A stretch of DNA of 25,331 nucleotides from a virus (Duplodnaviria; Caudoviricetes), in the IMG/VR virus record IMGVR_UViG_3300011339_000081, positions 1 through 25,331 of that record. The stretch is one strand, 5' to 3'. Below the pieces are notes generated by a model, which saw nothing but the letters and a program-made list of their open reading frames with translations, ran no database searches and was not told the origin of the DNA. Shown in pieces: positions 15,798-23,305 of this stretch. Numbering within the stretch: the stretch's first letter is position 1; each line of letters starts with the position of its first letter. Made by a program: the position numbers and the translations under genes.

Positions 15798-17006
15798 TTA
15801 GCCCCACAGACGGCAAGCCATCTGAGGACGAATGGTGCTGAAACCATACAAAACGTCGATACGGCAAGGCATACGGTCGTTGTTGATGTCGTACTGACGC
15901 ACGATACGCAAACTGATTCCGTTATGCACCGAGCGCGCAGCCATGTCAACGCCTTGGGGCAGCAACAGGTCAGCGGTAGCAAACGTGATTGCATCCTTGT
16001 GGTAGATCAAGTTCTGTGCGTAAGCAGTAGAAGCAGTTCCCACAAAGGTCACAACAGCGCTAGATTGTGGCAAGGCGGTCATGGTAGCCAGTGCGTGAGC
16101 AGCGGAATACATGGGGGCCACAGTCAGAGTCCAATCGCCAGCCGAAGCGGTTGCATCAGCCAAAGCCACAAACTGGAACAGCGAACCAGTGGTTTCACGG
16201 GTTTGCGGGTTCACAGCAAAGCAAGCTGCAACGGTAAACACGTCACCGGCCTTGATGGTTGTAGTTACCGAGCCTTGGGTCAAAACAAGGGTAGACGCGC
16301 CTTCAGAAGACACAGTGGTTTTCACAGTGGTAGCGGCAGTCGCATCACGCGAACCGGTGGTGTGCTGCTTGATCGACTGAGACATATTGATCTCGTCATA
16401 GCCCAACACGCCAGTGCCCATCATGCCGTTCTTAAACTGCTTGCTGATGGTGTCGGTAGGATTGAACAGACCTTTCATGCCTTCAACCAAACCAGCGTTG
16501 GCAGCGGGGTTAACCGTTGCGTAACGTGGCGACATCACAGCGGCATTCTCGTTCAGCTTCTGCTGGGCTTGCAACAGCACCAAGGAAGTGGACGGGGTAG
16601 TGCCGGGAGTGCCTACGGTGTTACCGATGGTCTTGTAAGCATTGGCAACGTCAGCATCAATGCTGGAAGCCAACTGGCTGATACGCGGCTTGAGAACACG
16701 CTCTGCGAAGTCGTCCAATTGCATGGTCAACTCAGCAGACGTGAAGTTCACGCCGATGTGCTTTTGGCTGGCAACGGACAGGGTTGTGAACTGCTCGTTG
16801 TCGTCCTGCACTTGCAGGGCAGCGCCGTCGGTGACCAGGGCGCGGTCAGGCAGACGAATACGCAGAGTGGAACCGATCTTCGCACCTTCGACAGCAAAGC
16901 TGTCGTCGTACTGACGGTTTACGTTACGGGTGAGTACCAGGTTGTTCTCGAAGATTTCGAGAGCCTTCCGGGCAATCATGTCAATGGTAAGAATGCTATT
17001 AGCCAT
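15798..17006 (-). CDS. Major capsid protein, P22 coat (gp5) family (402 aa)
   Basis: MANSILTIDMI.RKAL....NNL...RNVNRQYDDSF....AKIG.TLRIRLP N-terminus and CRIDVLYG C-terminus. AAGGA RBS, follows the scaffold. Confidence 0.93.
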   Translation of the reverse strand: MANSILTIDMIARKALEIFENNLVLTRNVNRQYDDSFAVEGAKIGSTLRIRLPDRALVTDGAALQVQDDNEQFTTLSVASQKHIGVNFTSAELTMQLDDFAERVLKPRISQLASSIDADVANAYKTIGNTVGTPGTTPSTSLVLLQAQQKLNENAAVMSPRYATVNPAANAGLVEGMKGLFNPTDTISKQFKNGMMGTGVLGYDEINMSQSIKQHTTGSRDATAATTVKTTVSSEGASTLVLTQGSVTTTIKAGDVFTVAACFAVNPQTRETTGSLFQFVALADATASAGDWTLTVAPMYSAAHALATMTALPQSSAVVTFVGTASTAYAQNLIYHKDAITFATADLLLPQGVDMAARSVHNGISLRIVRQYDINNDRMPCRIDVLYGFSTIRPQMACRLWG

Positions 17007-17026
17007 GAAAAAAGTCCTTTAAAAAA

Positions 17027-17800
17027 TTAGCGGTTAGCCTGCGCTTCCCACTTCTTACGTTGCCGTGCCCTATCGGCTTCAATCCACTGCGAATCAGTCA
17101 TGGTCTTGATAGACCGTGGATCCGTAGTGTCATAGGCCGGTGATCCAGTGGATCGGGCAGAGACAGGCGAAATAGGTGCTGGCGCTGACGATGTACGTTT
17201 CACGGGCGGATCTGATGCCAATTTGGCCTCAATCCGTCCAATCTCTTTAGCCTGAGCGAGTGGCGGCAGACGGGAAATGCGTTCTGCTTCCTTGGGGTTT
17301 GTGCCGAGATGGTAAGCCAACTCAGGCCCAATATCCGAAGATTGGATCGCTTCTGCCATCACGTTGGTAATTGGAAGTTTGGGGTTGTACGCGACTTGTT
17401 CAAAGTCCTCGTATTTGCTCCGTGCTTCCTCTTCCCGTTCATGATAGCTTTCAAGAACTTGCGTTTGCTGCTTTGCCGCTTCACGCTGTGCAATCAATTG
17501 CTCGGCCTTTTGATAAGCCAGCGCGTCGGCGTAAGCCTCCGTGCTTTCAAATTGATCAACAGACTGAACCGGCGCGGCTCTTAACGTCTGCGTTTCCGCA
17601 GCGCGTTGCGCTTGTTCCCGTTCCCATTTCCTTTGCTCTCTTGCAAGGCGTTTGCCGATTGCAGCGTCCAATTCTTCCTGTGTGAAAGTCTTAGATTGCT
17701 GGTCTTCAGCTACTTCCGGCGCACTAACTTCGGGTTCCGATACAGCCGTTGCAATCGGTTCCGGCGCGGGGTCAACTACCGCTAGGTTTTCTTCTGACAT
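17027..17800 (-). CDS. Scaffolding protein (257 aa from ATG 17800; alternative start 17812)
   Basis: Acidic N-terminus, KTFTQEELDAAIGKRLAREQRKW coiled coil, GPELAYHLG.NP, Pro-rich linker and C-terminal helix. Directly upstream of the coat gene. Confidence 0.85.
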   Translation of the reverse strand: MSEENLAVVDPAPEPIATAVSEPEVSAPEVAEDQQSKTFTQEELDAAIGKRLAREQRKWEREQAQRAAETQTLRAAPVQSVDQFESTEAYADALAYQKAEQLIAQREAAKQQTQVLESYHEREEEARSKYEDFEQVAYNPKLPITNVMAEAIQSSDIGPELAYHLGTNPKEAERISRLPPLAQAKEIGRIEAKLASDPPVKRTSSAPAPISPVSARSTGSPAYDTTDPRSIKTMTDSQWIEADRARQRKKWEAQANR

Positions 17801-17854
17801 TTTTGATTCCATAGAATCCCTGGTGAACGCGCCAGTACGTTTTTTACAAATATA

Positions 17855-18196
17855 TCAAATATTTTGTGTGACCCAAGATGTTGTCAATTCATCCCAACGA
17901 TAAATCTTGTCATCAATAGGCATTGGAGTTGGCGCAGACCATTGGCAGGTTTCTTCTGCCAAAATCCATGATGGGTATGGTTGTGGTGGAATAAATGCGT
18001 CGCGGCCTAAATCGTAAGTGTAACCAATCCCAGCGTAGTTCTTGCGTAGTGGAGTGCCGCCGTTAGCGTGTACGCCAGCGTGAGTGTTGTAGCTGGTCTG
18101 CACCCATCCACTGCCTAGCGCACCAGTGTCAATAAAGTTCTGCTCGGCAACAATCACCTGAGTGACAACGCCATTTTCTATTTTTGCAAAGTGCAT
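17855..18196 (-). CDS. Conserved phage hypothetical protein (113 aa, HFAKIENGVVTQVIVA...RKNYAGIGYTYD...DAFIPPQPYPSW)
   Basis: AAGGA RBS. I recognise this type as often lying downstream of Gly-rich fibre genes, so a chaperone role is possible. Confidence 0.75.
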   Translation of the reverse strand: MHFAKIENGVVTQVIVAEQNFIDTGALGSGWVQTSYNTHAGVHANGGTPLRKNYAGIGYTYDLGRDAFIPPQPYPSWILAEETCQWSAPTPMPIDDKIYRWDELTTSWVTQNI

Positions 18197-18206
18197 TGTG
18201 TTTTCC

Positions 18207-19073
18207 TTAAACGGGAACTAAGGAACTAGATGAATTGAATGTGTGGATGGTATTGCCCCCACTTGAGGTAACTGTGCCTCCAGTAAATTTTTGTGAACCA
18301 GGATAAGACACAATTACAACTCCTGATCCGCCAGAAGCGCCAGCCATTGTGTCCGCAGCATTGGTAGTTCCACCACCGCCGCCGCCGCCGCCTGTGTTAG
18401 CCGTTCCAGCAGTTGCTGCAACAGTGCCGCCATCTTTTTTACCGCCTGCGCCACCGCCGCCATTACCGCCAGTGGTAGAAAAATTTACGCCATATGCACC
18501 GCCAGCACCGCCCCCGGCATAAAAAACTGCTGAACCTGTTATTGAATTTGATAGGCCAACTCCCCCGCCGCCGCCTGATGACGCAGCGCCATTTGCACCA
18601 GCAGCACCCGCGCCACCACCACCGCCAGCCATACCAGTAAGACCAGATAAACTTGGATAATCACGGCCTTGACCGCCAGCATTACCTTGGCCTGATGTAC
18701 CAGCAGCACCCGGCCCAGATTGAGTACCTGACCCACCACCAGAACCACCAACGCTGCCATTTCCATTTCTATCGCCACCATAACCACCACCAACGGCAGC
18801 AGTTCCGTATGCACTAAAAGTAGAATTTACCCCAGCCGTCCCTGCGCCCGGCTTAGCTGCTATTCCCCCAACACCACCCGCACCAACAACAATAACATAA
18901 GTCGATAATGGGTTAAGCGTTAAACCCGAACCAGCAAGCAAACCTCCAGCCGCACCGCCGCCCCCAGCACCGTTATAAACGCCTGCGCCGCCGCCACCGC
19001 CAGCAACCAAAAGATAAGAGGCAATCAGAGGCGAAGCGCCGCCGGCTAAAAAGAAGTTTTTAGCGGCAAACAT
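18207..19073 (-). CDS. Glycine-rich domain protein (288 aa; putative virion appendage tip)
   Basis: YLLVAGGGGG start, many GGGG runs, ANTGGGGGG, GGSGVVIVSY...GGNTIHTF end. Confidence 0.8.
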   Translation of the reverse strand: MFAAKNFFLAGGASPLIASYLLVAGGGGGAGVYNGAGGGGAAGGLLAGSGLTLNPLSTYVIVVGAGGVGGIAAKPGAGTAGVNSTFSAYGTAAVGGGYGGDRNGNGSVGGSGGGSGTQSGPGAAGTSGQGNAGGQGRDYPSLSGLTGMAGGGGGAGAAGANGAASSGGGGGVGLSNSITGSAVFYAGGGAGGAYGVNFSTTGGNGGGGAGGKKDGGTVAATAGTANTGGGGGGGGTTNAADTMAGASGGSGVVIVSYPGSQKFTGGTVTSSGGNTIHTFNSSSSLVPV

Positions 19074-19534
19074 TATGGTGTGTACCCTTGGGCGATTGAG
19101 CCGTACCAGTTTGTACCGTCAGCAATAAAGGTCAGAATGTCCATCTTGCCAGCGGTTGCTGTAATTGTTGGTGCGCCAGCCGTACCCCATTTGACAGAGG
19201 TAAATGTTGCTGTGCCGTTACCTGTGGCTGCCGCTTGTTTAAGCAAAAGCACAAAAGATTTGCCCGCCACGTTTGCAGGCATTGTGAATGTGCAAGCTGT
19301 GGATGCTGTCAGGGTCGCAGTCTGCACCGTTCCGTTCGTCAATGCCAAGGTAGACGCACTGGTCACTGTGCCAATGACAACAACAGCCTCAACATAGTTG
19401 GTCACTGTTGGATTGTTAAACAGGCCGTTGGCGCTTACCTTGGTGGTCGCACCGCCTTGCACAATCGGCAATACCTCCGTACCAGCTAAAGGAACCGTTG
19501 CGCTCGGTAGAGCAGAGATTTTTGTATCAGCCAT
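19073..19534 (-). CDS. Putative fibre/structural protein (153 aa)
   Basis: MADTKISALP...LAGTEVLPIVQ N-terminal module plus a beta domain ending DILTFIADGTNWYG. GGAG RBS. Confidence 0.7.
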   Translation of the reverse strand: MADTKISALPSATVPLAGTEVLPIVQGGATTKVSANGLFNNPTVTNYVEAVVVIGTVTSASTLALTNGTVQTATLTASTACTFTMPANVAGKSFVLLLKQAAATGNGTATFTSVKWGTAGAPTITATAGKMDILTFIADGTNWYGSIAQGYTP

Positions 19535-19537
19535 TTA

Positions 19538-19702
19538 TCACTCCAACAAAATTAGACCGCCGTTTTCTTGCACAAGGTTGTCGCCGATTTCAGTTAAAAG
19601 ATTGCCCTGCACTGTTGCATCGGCATACCCAGACAAAAAGGAAATAATGCTTCCAAGACCAATGGAAACACCGTTCCGAATAGGGATGCCAAAGTAACTC
19701 AT
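19538..19702 (-). CDS. Small protein (54 aa) ending LLTEIGDNLVQENGGLILLE
   Basis: ATG 19702 overlaps the upstream stop (ATGA). Track ORF 19538..19873 is over-extended. Confidence 0.7.
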   Translation of the reverse strand: MSYFGIPIRNGVSIGLGSIISFLSGYADATVQGNLLTEIGDNLVQENGGLILLE

Positions 19703-20001
19703 TGTGAATTCATTGGTTTGCAGTAGATCGTGCCACCAGTCGACACTTGGATTGCACTCACGCGCCATTGGCCGCTGACACTGGCAGGCACTTTGAATGG
19801 GATCGGTGTAAATGGGGGGATGGGTGTACTGGCTGTTGTAGCCGTAACGGCTTCGCCAACCAGCACATAGCAAGCCTGGTCAGACCAAACCACCACGCCT
19901 TGAGCGCCAGCAGGCCATGCACCTGTCACACCAGCAGTGCCGGTGTAAGTAATAGATTTGGCAGGAAAATTGGCATCGGCCAACGGGTTGAGAAGTTCCA
20001 T
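19699..20001 (-). CDS. Putative small structural protein (100 aa)
   Basis: AAGGA RBS. Beta-rich Thr/Ala/Val/Pro composition within the head module. Confidence 0.65.
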   Translation of the reverse strand: MELLNPLADANFPAKSITYTGTAGVTGAWPAGAQGVVVWSDQACYVLVGEAVTATTASTPIPPFTPIPFKVPASVSGQWRVSAIQVSTGGTIYCKPMNSQ

Positions 20002-20010
20002 GATGTGTCC

Positions 20011-20379
20011 TTATGCCAAAAAGCGTAGTTTATACAGGGTTCGCAGATAAATTTCGACAATATTGTCAATCAACTGCTGGAGCGAAGAATCCGATTTGTC
20101 CACAACCTCGTACCGGCATTTCTCAATGTCATCCAGTTGACCTTGCAAAAAATCAATGATATTGGCCGTCTTGGTGGCCGAGTGCAGCGTTATTGGCCCC
20201 ATTAGACCGTGCCGACCTTGGTAGGTTTCAGCAAAATCGTCCGCAGCGCCAATGATGCGGTCGTAAAAAATACCCAACGCAATGTGCTTGGAGTAGCTGC
20301 GCGTGTTCAGATGGACGCTGTGCGCCACATCACGGGCGAGGAATAGCATTCCTACGAAATCGGCGGCTTTGTACATCAT
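20011..20379 (-). CDS. Ferritin/Dps-like four-helix protein (DUF5856-like; 122 aa)
   Basis: H..HLNT.SY..H.AL..FYD......D.FAE.YQG and LIDNIVE......YKL resemble the Dps ferroxidase helix pattern. ATGA overlap with the portal stop. Confidence 0.75.
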   Translation of the reverse strand: MMYKAADFVGMLFLARDVAHSVHLNTRSYSKHIALGIFYDRIIGAADDFAETYQGRHGLMGPITLHSATKTANIIDFLQGQLDDIEKCRYEVVDKSDSSLQQLIDNIVEIYLRTLYKLRFLA

Positions 20380-22583
20380 TGGGGCATTCCCATCGGTTGT
20401 TGTTCCATTGGCATCTGCTGTTGCTCCATGCCCTCTTGGGGCATCTCAGGGCCGGTATCCATATCGCGCCCAGGCATCTCGTTGACTAGGTCGCCAGAAG
20501 TAATCATGCCATGCACGGTTCCCAGCACAATGTCTTGGATTTGCTCAGGCGACATGGATGCCTGCACAGCAGAGATCCGTTGAGTCTCGGCCTGATACGC
20601 CTTGACTTGTGCCTCAAAGTCCTTGCGGTGCATATCTTGCATCTCAATGGACTTGCCCGCATTGATGATCATCTGGTGCATCTGCTCCATCTCATGGCCC
20701 ATTGCCTGGATCTGCTGCTCGGCCTGCTGCAACTCAGGCGGCTTGTCTCCGTCCTGCATCAGCTTGGGATCAATGGTCTTGGCAAAGCGTTTCGCCATCT
20801 CTTGAGCACCAGGCCAATCCATGTTTTTCACAAACAGGTCGCCGGCCACTTGCCACAGTTGCGGGTTGCCTTGCAGCAACTGCGCCATAGCTTCCAGCGC
20901 CTCTTGGCGCTTGGTCGCGTAGCCTGGGCCGGTGGTGACCACCACATCGTACTTGCCGACCGACGGGTTGTAAATCTTGTCGATCACAATGCCTTCTTGG
21001 TTGACAATCTTCTTAACCGGCTCGGCTTGCATCGGGTCAATCTTGACCATGTCGGTCTCGCCGTCCTCACCGATAATCCGCGCCACCCGCTGGGTATCGT
21101 AAATCTTGGGGATCAGGTCAACCAATTGCCGGGTGATGTGCCGCACGCCGCGCGCCAAGTTGTCGCCGTAGTGGTAAGTACCTACATCGCCCTCACGCTG
21201 ACGCGCAAGAATCGCCTTTCCTGAGCGTTCGTTGGAACTCATGCCCAAACTGGCGTTATATTGGCCAGTTGACGATTTGATGTCCTCAGACGCGCCAGCC
21301 TTGGCTTGCAGCAGCCCGCTGGAGGCCATCGGCGGCTGGGCGCGCTGTGGTAGAGGCAGAATGCTGCCAGAACCGTCTGTAACGTCAGGATTTACCTCTA
21401 AATACGGCCAATTGGTCGTATTTGCAGTCTTCCATTGGTTCTCGTAGCCCTCAAACTGACCGCCGTAGCCAATAAATGGCGCTTTCGGAGCCAAAGCCAG
21501 CATTTCTGCCTCTTGGGACACCCAATAGTTGTACATCCGCTGGGCGTCTTTGGCGTTTCGGACAATTCCGGACACATACAGACGCCCGTCGACCTCAAAT
21601 TCATTGCCGACAATGCGAACAACCGGGATGTACTTGCCCGCCCACTCGCGTTCTTCCAGTATTTCGTACCCGTTGATCTTGCAGTACTTGATCCTGCACC
21701 GGTCAGACTCGCGTGACTTAGTTGGCTTACCAAATTGGCTTTTCAGCATCTTGTCTTCGGGTGTACCGGCAAACGCCGTGATGTTCCCAGGGTACAAATT
21801 TAGCGTTTCACGGTCATAGTCAACGTAGTAGTAGTCCGCAATGCGGATCGTATCTTCGTTGAGCCATTGAGACAGATTCTGGTCACCGACGCCCAGCGAC
21901 TGCAAGGTCGTGATAGGCGCTGAGTCAGGGTACATACGCTCATAGTCAGCTTTTGTGATGTCCTCGGTGATAAAACACCACTTGGCATCAGACCCGCACG
22001 GGTCTTGGATCGTCGGATCCATGTAGATGCTGAAACTGTTGCGGATGCGCCCAATTTTGATGTCTTGGTCAAAGGTGTTGTCGTCGCAGTATTCCGTCAG
22101 GACGCGGATGTAGCCTTCGCCGTAGGAGACCTGGTTTTCGCAGGCGGTGTCGTAAGCGACATCGGCGTCGGAGATGTACTCAATGTGCCTGACCATGCCG
22201 TTGAAGATTTCGGCAACTGCAATGTCGGCCTTGTCGTCGGCAGGAATAACCTTGCCACTTGGGCGGTTTTGGCGTTGGTCATTGGTCACTTGCCGCACGT
22301 GCTGCGGCAGTTTGTTGATAGTCAGGCAAGGTCTAGCGTTGATCGTCTGGCCCTGCACCGCACCGCGAGTCGCCAGCACATCGGCAGGCCACTGCCAGTG
22401 ATTGTCTGGGCTGCCAGCATAGAACTTCAAGTCGTCAATCTCATCCTCGCGGGATTCAGACAACGCCCCGATAACCATATCCAGACGGCTGCGGGCAGTC
22501 GCCAAGATATTGGACTCGGTGTCCTTCTGACCGCCGCCGTTGGATACCGCACCAGCGGCGGCTATGCCGGTGTAATCAGCCAT
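20376..22583 (-). CDS. Portal protein, P22-like (735 aa)
   Basis: DDLKFYAG...QW, RPCLTINKL, G.VRNAKDAQRMYNYW, SG.AI.ARQ..GD, GKYDV.V.TGP.Y.TKRQEA, and a Gln/Met-rich C-terminal barrel region. Confidence 0.93.
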   Translation of the reverse strand: MADYTGIAAAGAVSNGGGQKDTESNILATARSRLDMVIGALSESREDEIDDLKFYAGSPDNHWQWPADVLATRGAVQGQTINARPCLTINKLPQHVRQVTNDQRQNRPSGKVIPADDKADIAVAEIFNGMVRHIEYISDADVAYDTACENQVSYGEGYIRVLTEYCDDNTFDQDIKIGRIRNSFSIYMDPTIQDPCGSDAKWCFITEDITKADYERMYPDSAPITTLQSLGVGDQNLSQWLNEDTIRIADYYYVDYDRETLNLYPGNITAFAGTPEDKMLKSQFGKPTKSRESDRCRIKYCKINGYEILEEREWAGKYIPVVRIVGNEFEVDGRLYVSGIVRNAKDAQRMYNYWVSQEAEMLALAPKAPFIGYGGQFEGYENQWKTANTTNWPYLEVNPDVTDGSGSILPLPQRAQPPMASSGLLQAKAGASEDIKSSTGQYNASLGMSSNERSGKAILARQREGDVGTYHYGDNLARGVRHITRQLVDLIPKIYDTQRVARIIGEDGETDMVKIDPMQAEPVKKIVNQEGIVIDKIYNPSVGKYDVVVTTGPGYATKRQEALEAMAQLLQGNPQLWQVAGDLFVKNMDWPGAQEMAKRFAKTIDPKLMQDGDKPPELQQAEQQIQAMGHEMEQMHQMIINAGKSIEMQDMHRKDFEAQVKAYQAETQRISAVQASMSPEQIQDIVLGTVHGMITSGDLVNEMPGRDMDTGPEMPQEGMEQQQMPMEQQPMGMPQ

Positions 22584-22765
22584 TATTTAATTTTGCTCAA
22601 AACCTTGTTGACTGTAGCCTTGACGTTGCTGCCTGCGGGGATGCTACCGTGGCATCCCATGTTAGGCATCTTAGAGTAAGTCTCTTTGTTGCGGTCGGGC
22701 ATACCAGCGCCGGACATTTTAGGTTCGCGGCTGTTAAGTTTGCTGATGGGTTCGAGCGTTTTCAT
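22583..22765 (-). CDS. Small basic protein (60 aa)
   Basis: ATGA overlap upstream, TAATG overlap with the portal. 11 K+R vs 4 D+E. Confidence 0.7.
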   Translation of the reverse strand: MKTLEPISKLNSREPKMSGAGMPDRNKETYSKMPNMGCHGSIPAGSNVKATVNKVLSKIK

Positions 22766-22905
22766 TTCTTTCCTTTCGGTTTTTGCGCTTCGCGTTTGAC
22801 AGAATATGCAATTGCAACTGCTTGCTTCACCGGCTTACCGGCGGCAACTTCGGCCTTCACGTTCTTACGGAAAGCCTCGGGTAATTTTGATTTGACTAAA
22901 GGCAT
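22762..22905 (-). CDS. Small basic protein (47 aa, MPLVKSK...GKPVKQAVAIAYS...)
   Basis: ATG 22905 in a TAATG overlap. GKP.KQAVAIA motif. Track ORF 22762..23097 is over-extended. Confidence 0.8.
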   Translation of the reverse strand: MPLVKSKLPEAFRKNVKAEVAAGKPVKQAVAIAYSVKREAQKPKGKK

Positions 22906-23051
22906 TATTTCTTCTTCGCGGTCTTGGCAGAATCTTTGAAGTCTTTGGCCGTCGGCGCTGCTTTGCTGCCGACCTTGTTCATCTTTTCGCCAGAGCCAGC
23001 TTTGATGCGGGCTTGCTTGGCGTGAATGTTTGCGTATAGTCCTGGCTTCAT
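22905..23051 (-). CDS. Small basic protein (48 aa, MKPGLYANIHAKQARIKAGSGEKM...; not in ORF track)
   Basis: Hand translation from ATG 23051 to TAA 22905. Tiles exactly between its neighbours. Confidence 0.8.
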   Translation of the reverse strand: MKPGLYANIHAKQARIKAGSGEKMNKVGSKAAPTAKDFKDSAKTAKKK

Positions 23052-23053
23052 AG

Positions 23054-23305
23054 TTAGCATTTCCATCGTTTGAGCGCCGCCTTAGCGCGTTCGCCATCTT
23101 TGGCGTTAGCCGCTACAGCGCCCATTCTTGCACAAAATGAATCCTTGCGTCCTTGGTCTGCTTTGATCTTGGGGTTGGGGGCTGGCGCTTTTAGGTTAGA
23201 CCCTGTCGCCGCGTTGTACTTCTCGCGGCCCTTGGCCGTCAGGCCAGCACCTTTGGATGTTGGCAGTTTCTCGCCGCGCCCGACACTGAGAGATACTTTT
23301 TTCAC
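23054..23305 (-). CDS. Small basic protein (83 aa; DUF6321-like GLTAKGR..YN..TGSNLKAP...SFCARM...LKRWKC)
   Basis: GTG start abuts the terL stop. Motif typical of phage proteins found beside terminase genes. Confidence 0.8.
   Translation of the reverse strand: MKKVSLSVGRGEKLPTSKGAGLTAKGREKYNAATGSNLKAPAPNPKIKADQGRKDSFCARMGAVAANAKDGERAKAALKRWKC

Noticed and set aside
15758-15994. Possible frameshift or read-through extension of the coat protein into the downstream gene
   Set aside because: The downstream gene is out of frame and has an in-frame TAA five codons upstream of its ATG. The alternative-frame ORF ends at 15758, and no convincing slippery site was seen.
15924-17030. 368-aa + strand ORF antisense to the coat gene
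   Set aside because: It is in exact codon register with the coat gene (offset 126 nt). It stays open simply because a highly expressed gene avoids TTA/CTA/TCA codons. No protein-like motifs.
20511-22679. Long + strand ORFs (237 aa, 224 aa) antisense to the portal
   Set aside because: Same in-register shadow effect (offsets from 20376 are divisible by 3). No recognisable domains.
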